Shown here in pieces: positions 11,801 through 24,082 of a DNA stretch of 64,000 bases; the stretch's first letter is position 1, and every line of letters starts with the position of its first letter. The DNA lies in assembly GCF_000143415.4 (NCBI RefSeq), contig NW_003314357.1, forward strand, positions 1-64,000. The letters are read 5' to 3'. Made by a program: the position numbers and the translations under genes. Source of the DNA: Selaginella moellendorffii (Eukaryota; Plantae; Lycopodiophyta). The notes beneath the pieces were generated by a model that saw nothing but the letters and a program-made list of their open reading frames with translations, ran no database searches and was not told the origin of the DNA.

Positions 11801-14800
11801 CACCTAGTGATCTCACCTTGGCACCTTAACAGAGTTGCCAAGAGGTACTTGGTTTTCTAGACCTCCAAGTTGTTGACTATAACCCCGGGGGCATCCCCCA
11901 CACTTGGCGGTGCACCCAAGCTAGCCCTTATGGCCAAGGGTTCATAGCAACTGAGATTAGGTGTCCCCATCTCACTCACCACGACCTTGGTGCCACTTGC
12001 ACCAAAGTGTTCAAGTTAGATATGCTGAGCTTTCACACTAAGCAATCTAACCGTGCATCACGACTCCGAGGCATCCCTCGCTTGGCGGTGTGCCCAAACC
12101 AGTCTCCCCACTGAGAGTCCATGACCACCGAAATATGAGTGTCCTCATATTCCAAACCATCACCACGCCCTAGTGATTTGGGACTCGAACCCAAGCACTA
12201 GAGGGTCGGGACTCGAACCCAACCTCCGTATATGCATCTACGGACGGCATCACACAAGATGCCTGGCGTGACTCCCCACGCCGGTGCACCAACCTATTTT
12301 TAAAGCGCGCTACAGATCACAGCTTAGGAACCTAGTTCCTCCACACTGCCAAGTCCTCTCACTTGACATGTCTGTGATCATGCATGGACTCCTCCATGCT
12401 CAGCCCCATGGCCCACCCTTTTTGAAGTTATCACCTTCAACTAGGGTCTTTGTTCCCCCGACGTGCCAATCTCACTTGGCAAGTCCTCCGACCATTGTAA
12501 CATGGTTCCTGCATAAGCGTGAAAGTCCTTGACCATCGACTTTCATTCAAAGCCCTCTCTTTGAACACTCGGGAACTACTTCCCTAACCTTGATAACCTT
12601 GCCTCATGGCAAGCTTCAAGACCACGCTTCTGCTGCGCCACTCTGATTTCGCGCGTTCCATGAACCATTTACACTTGGCCTTTCTAGGTACTACGCTACC
12701 TAGAATCGTCTTTGGGAACCTTGAAGGAACTCTGTCCCTCAGCTTGCTAAGGCCTCCCCTTTCGCAAGCTTTATAGTTGCCATATAGTCTAACATGGACA
12801 ATTCCATATTTTAGACTCTCTATGGCATCACGGTTGCTAGCAACAACATCCTCGAGCACCCTCTTGATTCTCCACTCCCAGCTGGCATAACCAACCTTGG
12901 TTATGCCCTTTGATTCCTATGGTTCGGTTCTATCCCCTTACTTCTTGCTTTTTGGCTTCACACCTTTCCTTTGGTCATTCTCCTCCAGACCAGGAGGATA
13001 GTTTTGCACTTTCTATCATGCCTTAGCAAGTATTCTTAGGGATGAACCTACCCAATAGCCTAGGGAGTGGTTCCTCAATCCGGGTATGCTCACCTTATAA
13101 TCCAACACACTGGGATTACATTGTTGCTTATGGGCCTTTACATGCCCATCACTAGCCTTGCCAAAATTCCATTTTTGGCTTTGTCCAACTCGGGTAGACA
13201 GTCCTCTCCTGTCTCCGCAACCTTGGACATTTGGATAGCACCTTCTATCCATCATTCGCTAGGGACTTAGTCCCTTGGGCTTTATCCATTGCCCTCGCGA
13301 TATCAAACACCACCTTTTGGTGTTCTAGAGTGTTCGGGTGTCCCAATGATGGCTTTCTTGACAATGAGTATTTCCTTTTATGACATTGACTTACTATATC
13401 GCAACATAAGCAACTTATCCCCCGTAAGGGTATATCCGACTTCCCTATACTAGAAGTCTTGGGTAGCTACCTTCTACCCGTTTAATCAGTTATTTTGCAC
13501 CTCTTGCTTAGTTGCCTCATGGTTGTCAAGTCCTACAACTCATTGCTTGGTGCTTGCACACCTCCATCATTATCTGGGTCACCGCACTCCAACTGCATGC
13601 GCTGCCGCTTAGGCTATGCCATTCCCATTTCCATTGGGATTCCTTTGGCAAGGGGTTCTCATGAACCCACCAACATAGCCTCAAGGTATCACACCTTGGC
13701 ACATTTGGTGTCTCCACACCATCAGCTCCACGAGCCTACCTCTCTGACACTTCCCCTTCGTGTTTAAGTCTTTGCCAAGACCAACACCGCTCTTTCTCAT
13801 GCCAACCATCCGTTAGCACTACACCATAGAGGTCACACACAACTTTGTGTCAAAGTTGTTTTCTTCTGGGAACACCTTTCCCATAACTTTAGCATGGCAC
13901 ATTCTGCCATTGATGAGATACCCTCTGTTCTCATCCTTGGATCCTATGATCCCCCCCCATCCTTTGTGGGGTACAACACACCTCAGTCCAAATGCTTCCA
14001 TCAGTCCTTTTAGGACCATCCGTTGACTCTACTTGAGTCATCCAGCAGTTTTGGACTTGGTCAATCCACAGACCCGTAAGGTCCTACTTGTGAGGCACTA
14101 GCTCACTGGAATACACTTCTTGCATTCTTGTCCTACTCAAAAGCACTATTTTCACAAGTGTTACTCCGACACTTGATTTTGTTCTCTGGGGGCAACCTTT
14201 GCCCCTTAGGACTACTTGTCCATGTGATGAGAATACCAACTCATCCACTTAATACACCCCCAACTCCTTGGGTTGTTCCAGCATTTATTAGAGGTAGCCC
14301 CGGCTACCATTTCAAGGACTTGAGTCCTCTTCCGTATTTGACCTTCCACGGTCATTACCTTTGGTCTCACATTCATGAGCACCAACCTCAACTATATGAG
14401 GATAATCTTGTGACTCCTTTATTATTTTGGAGTCTCTATCTTTCCCGTGATCCCAACTTTAGTTGTTTACCACAACAACCTTAGCCAATTTGCTGAGACA
14501 AATGCTTATCCGGATCACATCCTCAACTCAATGAGGAAAACCTTGCACTGTTCCCAAGATCCCAAAGTCGTTCCATTATTGGCCCTTTTCTATCCACCAC
14601 CTCGTCTACAAGTTCACACATGAACTGTAATGGAGAGCCATGTCTTCCCGACTTGCTACTCCTCAAGGATAGGCCCACTCCTCGGACCTTCCGATGCCAA
14701 CACTAGTGGTGATATACTTGAGCACCAATAAAAGTCGGACTAAGGAACAGCTCCGATACCAAATTGTAAGCGACTAATTTTTCCATTCTACTTTAGTCAC

Positions 14801-16596
14801 TTAACCACACCTCCGACCGCTTGGAGGAGTCTCATTCACAACCTCCATAAGTCCCATTCAGGACTTGGGGCTTGCTAGCCCCGAGAATGGCATCCATGCC
14901 ACTCAACCTTTGCACTTGGTCCAAATGCTCCACGTGTCAGATCCCATGACCGACACTCAAAGGTACCACTGACATAGCAGCCCGTTACGCTAAGGCTATG
15001 CCCAATCACCTTTGCCACACTGGTAGTCCAATACCACTTGCATCACAGTCTTGGCTCCCCAAGACTAGGCAAACCATCCGTGAGTGGTCATCTCAGATCC
15101 ACTCCTTAGCATCCTTAGGATGCCCACCGACAAGGGGAATAGCCTTCCCCAATATCCCTCTGTCAGTCCCCACTAAGTCCCTTTCTGCCCCTGGCCGTGT
15201 TTGCCAACACTGCCACTGGACCGAGACCCACAGGCCCGACCGCTAAGTCCCACGGTCCTCTGGGACTTCCTCACCACACGACTGTGTCCTTGGTCACTAC
15301 CCTAGAGGACTTCTCCTCTTCCTTTCCACAGTCTGGGCCTTTGGGACAACATTTCGGAACACCGTGGCCTTACGCGAGCCACCTGGGTACTCTCCTCGCC
15401 TTCTGCCCTTGGGTGCTCTAGCCATGGGCTTAGAGCGGGTTCCGTTGAGCCACACCAGGTATCCAAGTAGGTAGTGCCACCCACACTTGGACTGGGAGCA
15501 TCGGCCAGTCGATCTCCCGGGGGAACTAGAGCCGGCTCTTGAACACTTCACCAAGCTACCCCGCTTGTCGGTCTGTGTTCACTCTAGTCTTGGACTTCCC
15601 AGTGGGCAGCTCATCACCCAACACTGGGTCCGGCCTTCCTGGGCCAAACTGGCCTTTCCTGGCCAAACTGGCTCCACTGCAGTCCTCCCCCTACTATACT
15701 TTTGGGGCTCACCAAACCCCCCAGGGTCTGGGAGACGAACGCTTTGGGCTTTCACCCTCTCAGGCTCCGGACTCGGACTCGAACTCAGACTCGGACTCGG
15801 ACTCGGACTCGGACTCGGATTCGGACTCGGACTCGGGCTCGGGCTCGGTCTCGGCCTCGGCCTCGGTCTCGGTCCCGATCTCGGTCTCGGTCTCGGTCTC
15901 AGTCCCGGTCCCGGTCTCGGTCTCGACTTCGGACTCCATCTCGGACTCCATCTCGGACTCCATCTCGGACTCCATCTCGGATCCATCTCGGGTCCATCTC
16001 GGACTCCATCTCGGGTCCATCTCGGACTCCATCTCGGACTCCATCTCGGACTCCATCTCGGGTCCATCTCGGACTCCATCTCGGACTCCATCTCGGACTC
16101 CATCTCGGGTCCATCTCGGACTCCATCTCGGACTCCATTTCGGGTCCATCTCGGGTCCACCTCGGACTCCATCTCGGACTCCATCTCGGGTCCATCTCGG
16201 ACTCCATCTCGAGTCCATCTCGGACTCCACTTCGGACTCCAACTCGAGTCCATCTCGGACTCCACTTCGGACTCCAACTCGAGTCCATCTCGGACTCCAC
16301 TTCGGACTCCAACTCGAGTCCATCTCGGACTCCACTTCGGACTCCAACTCGAGTCCATCTCGGACACTCCCACGTGTCATGTGTTGGTCCTTTTGGGTCC
16401 CTTTTTGGAGCCTTGCCTTTTGCTCGCTTCGTGCTCGTTCCTCGAGCACTTCGTTGGGAGTTCCATTCCCGCTCTTGACTTTTCAAGTCGGAGCTTTTGG
16501 TCCAAACGTGTTACGCTCTTTTGGCTCTCGCTTCGGCCACTACCATGTGGCGCCCTTCCGGCTCCACTTTGGGGCCTAGGGATTTTGTGTCTCACA
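8886..16596 (-). mobile_element. Complete non-autonomous (LARD-like) Gypsy-derived LTR retrotransposon
   Basis: TG...CA LTRs at 8886-10670 (3') and 14765-16596 (5'). TSD GTTGT at 8881-8885 / 16597-16601. PBS TGGTATCGGAGC (tRNA-iMet type) at 14750-14761(-). PPT at 10671-10684(-). The 4.1-kb interior holds only decayed gag/pol traces. Confidence 0.93.
9888..10440. repeat. LTR-internal hierarchical minisatellite (6, 12 and 35-bp units); also at ~15767-16366 and ~18885-19530
   Basis: TCGGAC/TCGGTC hexamers, TCGGACTCCATC 12-mers and CATCTCGGACTCCACTTCGGACTCCAACTCGAGTC 35-mers. Confidence 0.95.
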
Positions 16597-16781
16597 GTTG
16601 TCTCTTGTCTTCTCCCTCGCTCGCGAATGAATGAAAATTCATTCTCTTGCCTCCTCTACTTGCTCTCGATCACGCCGTTTCGACAACGGCACATGGAGAA
16701 TGTGGATTGCGCAAAGTGGTGCCGCGATCTCGCCGGATTGCAACACCGCGGGGTGTCTTTGACCCTAAACGCCTAAACGCG

Positions 16782-16888
16782 CCTAAACCCTAAACCCTAA
16801 ACCCTAAACCCTAAACCCTAAACCCTAAACCCTAAACCCTAACCCCTAAACCCTAAACCCTAAACCCTAAACCCTAAACCCTAAACCT
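16782..16888 (+). repeat. Interstitial telomeric tract (~15 CCCTAAA units) between the PLE 3' end and a broken LTR element
   Basis: Contiguous sequence with no gap on either side. Confidence 0.95.
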
Positions 16889-19800
16889 AGGTGATAACTT
16901 CAAAAAGGGTGGGCCATGGGGCCAAGCATGGAGGAGTCCATGCATGATCACAGACATGTCAAGTGAGAGGACTTGGCAGTGTGGAGGAACTAGGTTCCTA
17001 AACTGTGATCTGTAGCGCGCTTTAAAAATAGGTTGGTGCACCGGCGTGGGGAGTCACGCCAGGCATCTAGTGTGATGCCGTCCGTAGATGCATATACGGA
17101 GGTTGGGTTCGAGTCCCGACCCTCTAGTGCTTGGGTTCGAGTCCCAAATCACTAGGGCGTGGTGATGGTTTGGAATATGAGGACACTCATATTTCGGTGG
17201 TCATGGACTCTCAGTGGGGAGACTGGTTTGGGCACACCGCCAAGCGAGGGATGCCTCGGAGTCGTGATGCACGGGTAGATTGCTTAGTGTGAAAGCTCAG
17301 CATATCTAACTTGAACACTTTGGTGCAAGTGGCACCAAGGTCGTGGTGAGTGAGATGGGGACACCTAATCTCAGTTGCTATGAACCCTTGGCCGTAAAGG
17401 CTAGCTTGGGTGCACCGCCAAGTGTGGGGGATGCCCCCGGGGTTATAGTCAACAACTTGGAGGTCTAGAAAACCAAGTACCTCTTGGCAACTTGCTTAAG
17501 GTGCCAAGGTGAGATCACTAGGTGATCTTATGGCCAGAAAAGGACAAGGTCCTTGGTTGGCTAAGGAATGAAGTTCCTGGTTCAAAATGTTGAAATTGAA
17601 CTGTTTAAGGTGGTGTGGCTTGGTCGTGATAACCAAGTGGGAAGAGCACCTAAGGGAAATAAACTATGTCCGTGCGATGGCATAGTGAGTCCGAGGAAAG
17701 TAGTCTCTATAAAAGACCCATGGGAGGGTCACGAAGTTAGGCCGTGGATAGAGCCCATAGCAGAAGATGCTAAAGAGACGTACTAGGGGTGAACATCCTC
17801 CGGACTTGGCAAAGAAGAGTCTTTGCTATGGAACCGAAACAATACCTCAAGGAGGGAGGTAGAGATTCGATGTTGCTTGGTGCAACAATCAACGGATAGG
17901 AGCAAAAGATGAATGGCCAAGATAGGGCCGTGGAATCCCTTGGAAGGAATCCAAGTGACAAAGTTAGGTGAGGAACACTAATGTGTTGGACGCTAAGAAG
18001 TTGCGGGAAAGGAAGTGTTTTTCCAAGGAGGGATTCCAAATTGCTCCGATTTGGCAAAAGTGGAAGCTCCAAGGGAGGGAGCGGTAAGGTAGCCAAATGA
18101 TAGGGCGATGAACAGCCCTAGCACAAAGTATGATAACTGGAACTTTGGCACGAAATAGAAGAGAGGATGATGGTGCCCTCGAGTAGAGAACTTCCTAGGA
18201 TGGGAAGTGGAGTTGCACAAAAGGTGCAAGGCAAGGTGTCGGAGACACCTAGGAAATTGACTCCAAGAAGTCAAAATTCAAAGTTCCAAAGTGCAAAGGT
18301 TATATCGATGGAAATTGAGACTACTCGAGAAGGAGTAGTGGGATTGACTTAGAGAAGGGTCTCTAAGAGGTTTAGCGAGAACTAAACCAATAAAAGGAGA
18401 GAACCACTCCTTGTGGTCCAATCAGTCTCTAAGTTGGGGAGACTACCCTCCTTAGAGGATAGGCAAGGCATGGTGAGCCTTTGGTGTCAAACCATTGAGG
18501 CATATGCAAAAGGCATGGTGAGCCTTCAATGTCAAACCATTGACAAATATTGGCTAGGTGCCAAGGATGGAAATGGTAACACATACGAGTGTTACTTTAC
18601 AAAATGGTTTACCGTTCGATGAGGACATCGAACTTCGTCTATGGGTGGTGGAGTTGTGAGACACAAAATCCCTAGGCCCCAAAGTGGAGCCGGAAGGGCG
18701 CCACATGGTAGTGGCTGAAGCGAGAGCCAAACGAGCGTAACACGTTTGGACCAAAAGCTCCGACTTGAAAAGTCAAGAGCGGGAGTGGAACTCCCAACGA
18801 AGTGCTCGAGGAACGAGCACGAAGCAAGCAAAAGGCGAGGCTCCAAAAAGGGACCCAAAAGGACCAACACATGACACGTGGGAGTGTCCGAAATGGACTC
18901 GAGTTGGAGTCCGAAGTGGAGTCCGAGATGGACTTGAGTTGGAGTCCGAAGTGGAGTCCGAGATGGACTCGAGTTGGAGTCCGAAGTGGAGTCCGAGATG
19001 GACCCGAGTTGGAGTCCGAAGTGGAGTCCGAGGTGGACCCGAGATGGACCCGAGTTGGAGTCCGAAGTGGAGTCCGAGATGGAGTCCGAGATGGAGTCCG
19101 AGATGGAGTCCGAGGTGGACCCGAGATGGACCCGAGATGGACCCGAGTTGGAGTCCGAAGTGGAGTCCGAGATGGACCCGAGATGGAGTCCGAGATGGAG
19201 TCCGAGATGGAGTCCGAGGTGGACCCGAGATGGACCCGAAATGGAGTCCGAGATGGAGTCCGAGATGGACCCGAGATGGAGTCCGAGATGGAGTCCGAGA
19301 TGGACCCGAGATGGACCCGAGATGGAGTCCGAGATGGAGTCCGAGATGGAGTCCGAGATGGAGTCCGAAGTCGAGACCGAGACCGGGACCGAGACCGGGA
19401 CCGAGACCGAGACCGAGACCGAGATCGGGACCGAGACCGAGACTGAGCCCGAGGCCGAGACCGAGCCTGAGCCCGAGTCCGAGTCCGAGTCCGAGTCCGA
19501 GTCTGAGTCCGAGTCCGAGTCCGAGTCCGGAGCCTGAGAGGGTGAAAGCCCAAAGCGTTCGTCTCCCAGACCCTGGGGGGTTTGGTGAGCCCCAAAAGTA
19601 TAGTAGGGGGAGGACTGCAGTGGAGCCAGTTTGGCCAGGAAAGGCCAGTTTGGCCCAGGAAGGCCAGACCCAGTGCTGGGTGATGAGCTGCCCACTGGGA
19701 AGTCCAAGACTAGAGTGAACACAGACCGACAAGCGGGGTAGCTTGGTGATGTGTTCAAGAGCCGGCTCTAGTTCCCCCGGGAGATCGACTGGCCGATGCT

Positions 19801-20532
19801 CCCAGTCCAAGTGTGGGTGGCACTACCTACTTGGATACCTCGTGTGGCTCAATGGAACCCGCTCTAAGCCCATGGCTAGAGCACCCAAGGGCAGAAGGCG
19901 AGGAGAGTACCTAGGTGGCTCGCGTAAGGCCACGGTGTTCCGAAATGTTGTCCCAAAGGCCCAGACTGTGGAAAGGAAGAGGAGCAGTTCTCTGGGGTAG
20001 TGACCAAGGACACAGTCGTGTGGTGAGGAAGTCCCAGAGGACCGTGGGACTTAGTGGTCGGGCCTGTGGGTCTCGGTCCAGTGGCAGTGTTGGCAAACAC
20101 GGCCAGGGGCAGAAAGGGACTTAGTGGGGACTGACAGAGGGATATTGGGGAAGGCTATTCCCCTTGTCGGTGGGCATCCTAAGGATGCTAAGGAGTGGAT
20201 CTGAGATGACCACTCACGGATGGTTTGCCTAGTCTTGGGGAGCCAAGACTGTGATGCAAGTGGTATTGGACTACCAGTGTGGCAAAGGTGATTGGGCATG
20301 GCCTTAGCGTAACGGGCTGCTATGTCGGTGGTACCTTTGAGTGTCGGTCATGGGATCGGACACGTGGAGCACTTGGACCAAGTGCAAATGTTGAGTGGCA
20401 TGGATGCCATTCTCGGGGCTAGCAAGTCCCAAGTCCTGGATTGGACTTATGGAGGTTGTGAATGAGACTCCTCCAAGTGGTCGGAGGTGTGGTTAAGTGA
20501 CTAAAGTAGAATGGAAAATTTAGTCGCTTACA
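16889..20532 (+). mobile_element. 5'-truncated second copy of the non-autonomous LTR element (3' interior plus 3' LTR 18655-20532)
   Basis: 16889-18654 is the reverse complement of 10671-12436. PPT ATGGGTGGTGGAGT at 18641-18654. Inserted into the integrase region of the adjacent Gypsy. Confidence 0.92.
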
Positions 20533-23500
20533 CAAGCCCCCACTAGCCTTAGTCACGGCTTTTACCTGCTGACATGTTGGACATGTCTTTACATAGTCTT
20601 GGACGTCCTTAGCCATATCTGGCCAATGGTACTTCCTTTTGAGTAAGCCCATCGTCTTGGGCACTCCACCGTGTCCCGCAAGATGTCCGTCATGACACTC
20701 TTCTAAGGCCACCTTCCTTAGTTCCCCTTCTGGAACATACACCCTCGTTTGCTTGTAATAAATGAGTCCGTTGCGTTCCGCATAGCCCGTTTTCTCTTCC
20801 GTTGGCAGCTCACCTCTCTGGTGAGCTTCCCGCGCCTCTAGATTCCTCAGCAACACTTCCTGTGCTAGACCATCATTCTCATATGCTGTCCGCACATCGT
20901 CCCAGAAGGTTGCTGTTGCGCTGGATATTGCCAACTTCAAGCTCGCTTTTCGACTTAGCGCATCCGCCACGATGTTGCTCTTCCCAGGCTTGTACAGAAT
21001 TTCGCAATCAAACTCGGCCAAGGCATTGGCCCACCGACCTTGTTTCCCTCTTAGGTCGGGCTGTGACAAGAAGTGTTTCGTTGCCACATTGTCCGTGTAA
21101 ACCTTGAAGTGTCTCCCAAGGTAGTGTCGCCACTCCTTGAGTGCCTTGACCACCGCAAACAATTCCTTCTCGTGGGCAGGCCACTTCCGTTGAGCCTTGT
21201 CCAGCTTCTTCGAGAAGAACGCTACCGGATGGTTGTCTTGCTTCAGAACTGCACCCAACGCAAAGTCCGAAGCATCCGTTTCTACCTCAAAGTCCTTACC
21301 AAAATCTGGTAATGCCAATACGGGAGCCTTCCTCAACTTCCCTTTGAGGTGGACGAATGCCGCCTCGCATTCTGCTGTCCATACCATCTTCCCTTTTCCT
21401 GTTTGGTCCGTTAAGGGCAGGGCTACTCTCGAATAGTGTCTGATAAAACTTTCGATAGTAGTTGCATAGCCCCAGGAACGCCCTCAACTCATGTACATTC
21501 GATGGTCGCTCCCATTCCTGGATCGCTTGGACCTTCTCCGGGTCCACCTTGAGCCCGTCCTGGCCCACCACATGCCCGAGAAACTTTACCTCTTGTTGAG
21601 CAAAGTCACATTTGCTCTCTTTAGCATACAGCTTGTGTTCCCTTAGTTTCTCAAACACCTTCGCCAAGTGTTCGGCATGCTCTTCTAGCGTCTCGCTATA
21701 GATCAGGATGTCGTCGATATAGACGACCACGAAGTGATCCAGATAGGGTACAAAGACGTGGTTCATTAGCGCCGAAAACGTTGCTGGTGCATTACATAGC
21801 CCGAAGGGCATCACCAGAAACTCAAAGCTCCCATACCTCGTTCGACAGGTTGTCTTCTCGACATCTTCCTCGGCTACCCTGATCTGGTAGTATCCTGACC
21901 TTAGGTCAATCCTCGAGAAGTATTTTGCCTTTCCCAACCTATCGAACAGGTCCTCAATCCTTGGCAAAGGGTACTTGTTCTTCTTTGTATACTTGTTGAG
22001 CAAGCGGTAGTCTATGCACATGCGCATAGATCCATCTTTCTTTTTCACAAATAACACCGGCGCCCCATACGGTGACTTGCTCAACCTAACATACCCTTTG
22101 TCCACCAACTCCTCTAGTTGGCACTTGAGCTCCTTGAGTTCTTTTTCGTTCAAACGATAAGGGGGACGAACCACTGCCTCAGCACCCTCGACCAGCTCAA
22201 TCTTATGTTCTATCGGTCGTGCTGGGGGCAGCCCCGCCGGTAGCTCCTCCGGCATGGTATCCTGGAATTGGTCCAACACCCGTTGGATCACTAAAGGTGC
22301 TTCTTCCATTCCTGTCTTTCTGTCACTCTTCATCGAGAGTAAGCACAAAAAGGCCGCCTTAGTTCCCTTAGTGAGTTGTCCTCTCGTGGACACCAGGTTT
22401 AAGCAGGAATCTTTGGCCTTGCTTTGCCCTACCTTTAGATCTTGGGCCTCCACCCTAGATCTTCTTCCTTGGGCATTCGCCAGTACCACAAGGTTTCTAC
22501 CTTGTCCATGCAGGGCTACCACGAATCGATTGAACCAGTCCATTCCGAAGATCACGTCAAATCCCGCCATGTCCAACACGGTGAAGTCCATGTCCACCTT
22601 CCAAGTCCCCACTTCGACTCTCGCTTGTCGAAGTACCTCATCGGTGCTTTGGCTACCTTGAACAAACTCTATAGTCCTTGGTTCGCCTAGCCGCTGCACC
22701 GTTAGTCCGGCTTGCCAGACTATGTCTGCAGCCACAAAATTATCCGAAGCACCCGTGTCAATAAGGATTTTAACAAAGCTACCTCCGAGCTTCCCTCGGA
22801 GGGCTAGTAGATGTCGCGAACGACTCTCTACCAAAGTTGCTCGTGTAATGAGTAACTTTGAGTTAGGGGCTGGATCACATACCTCTGTTTGGACTTCACC
22901 CGACTTGATGGCCATATTGGCTCTGGCCTTCTTCGGGTAGGGACATTCCCTCGAGAAGTGTCCCGCTTCACCGCAGTTGTAGCATACGTTGTTTCCCACG
23001 CTACTATATGACTTGACCTTCTTATCTGTGGGTTTGTCTCTTTTCGCCTGACTCCCCCACGTACTCGCTCGCTGGCCACCGGATCTGCCTTTCCGGAACC
23101 CCGAGGACTCATTCTTAGAGAAACTCTTCTTGAATTTACCTCTGCTAAACGTTCCCCTTGGTTTGGCCCCTTTGCTAAACGTGGATCCCGACCCCGTCGT
23201 GTTCCCCTTTCGCAGGTTATCGTTGAAATGCACCTTGATGGCCGCATCCAACGCTTCTTTGTAGTTGGTCGGGTTCCACCGCATTACTTCACCGCGAGCC
23301 CAGGTTTGCAAACCTGATATGAAGGCATGGAACGCATCCATATCCCCCATGTCCGTGACAAGTATCCTCTTTGCCATAAACCCATTCACATACTCCTGAA
23401 TGGTTCCGGTCTGCTTCAGCCTACTCAGCTCGTCCCTTAGATGCAGAGTAGCATTCGGAGGAACGTAAGTTGCGCGGATCCTCGCCTTCATCATTTCCCA

Positions 23501-24082
23501 AGTGGCCACCGGTCCTTCGTTGGCCTCTGTCGTTCTCCACCAAGACTTGGCATTATCTGCCAAGTATGGTTTTGCACATGGGACCTTCTCCGAGCTTGGT
23601 AATCGCAACGCTCGGAAGTAGTCCTCCATATCGTAGAACCAATCCTCCACCACCTTATAGTCATTCACTCCCTTGAAGACTGGTGGGGGCTTTGGTTTGT
23701 ACTTGGGAACTGCCTGAGGGACCGATTCCACTTCGGTCTGTTCGACCTTGTCTGGTTTTGCCTCAGTCCCTGCCGAAGGGTCCGCACCTTCTGCGCTGCC
23801 AGCATCCGCAGTCTTTCGCTTTTTCTTCCGCTTCTCGTCACGCTTTAGCTTGCGTACGAGAGTCTCTAGCAGGGCATTGGTCTGTGCCAATTGTCCTTCT
23901 AGAACATCCAATCGAGCCTTGGACGACCGAACCTCACCACCAGACTCCTGTTTGGAAGTTGCCTCACTGGAGTCCTCCTCATGCAGGGATTCCTCATCCA
24001 TCGCCTCCTGTTCGACCGGAGGCTCCAGCTCTGGAGGAGGTTCCGTCTCTGCCTGGGTTTGCTTACGTCCTGCCCTTGCCAT
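20533..24082 (-). pseudogene. Gag-Pol polyprotein with one +1 frameshift at ~21445-21448, cut after the integrase HHCC
   Basis: [57 protein letters not shown]...GHGG...CPTCQQVK. Confidence 0.92.

Larger units (their letters stand above)
7250..16788 (+). mobile_element. EN-deficient Penelope-like element, copy 2 (7250-8885 plus 16597-~16788), interrupted by an LTR element
   Basis: Same 5' junction as copy 1 (offset 4794), RT remnant to stop 7995 (YIDD 7336-7347). The 3' part resumes at 16597 and runs into telomere repeats. Confidence 0.92.

Noticed and set aside
9608-19810. Long ORFs in all frames (SDSDSD, LGLHLG, WSPR, RTRTRT)
   Set aside because: They arise from stop-free LTR minisatellites, and the frames shift between LTR copies.
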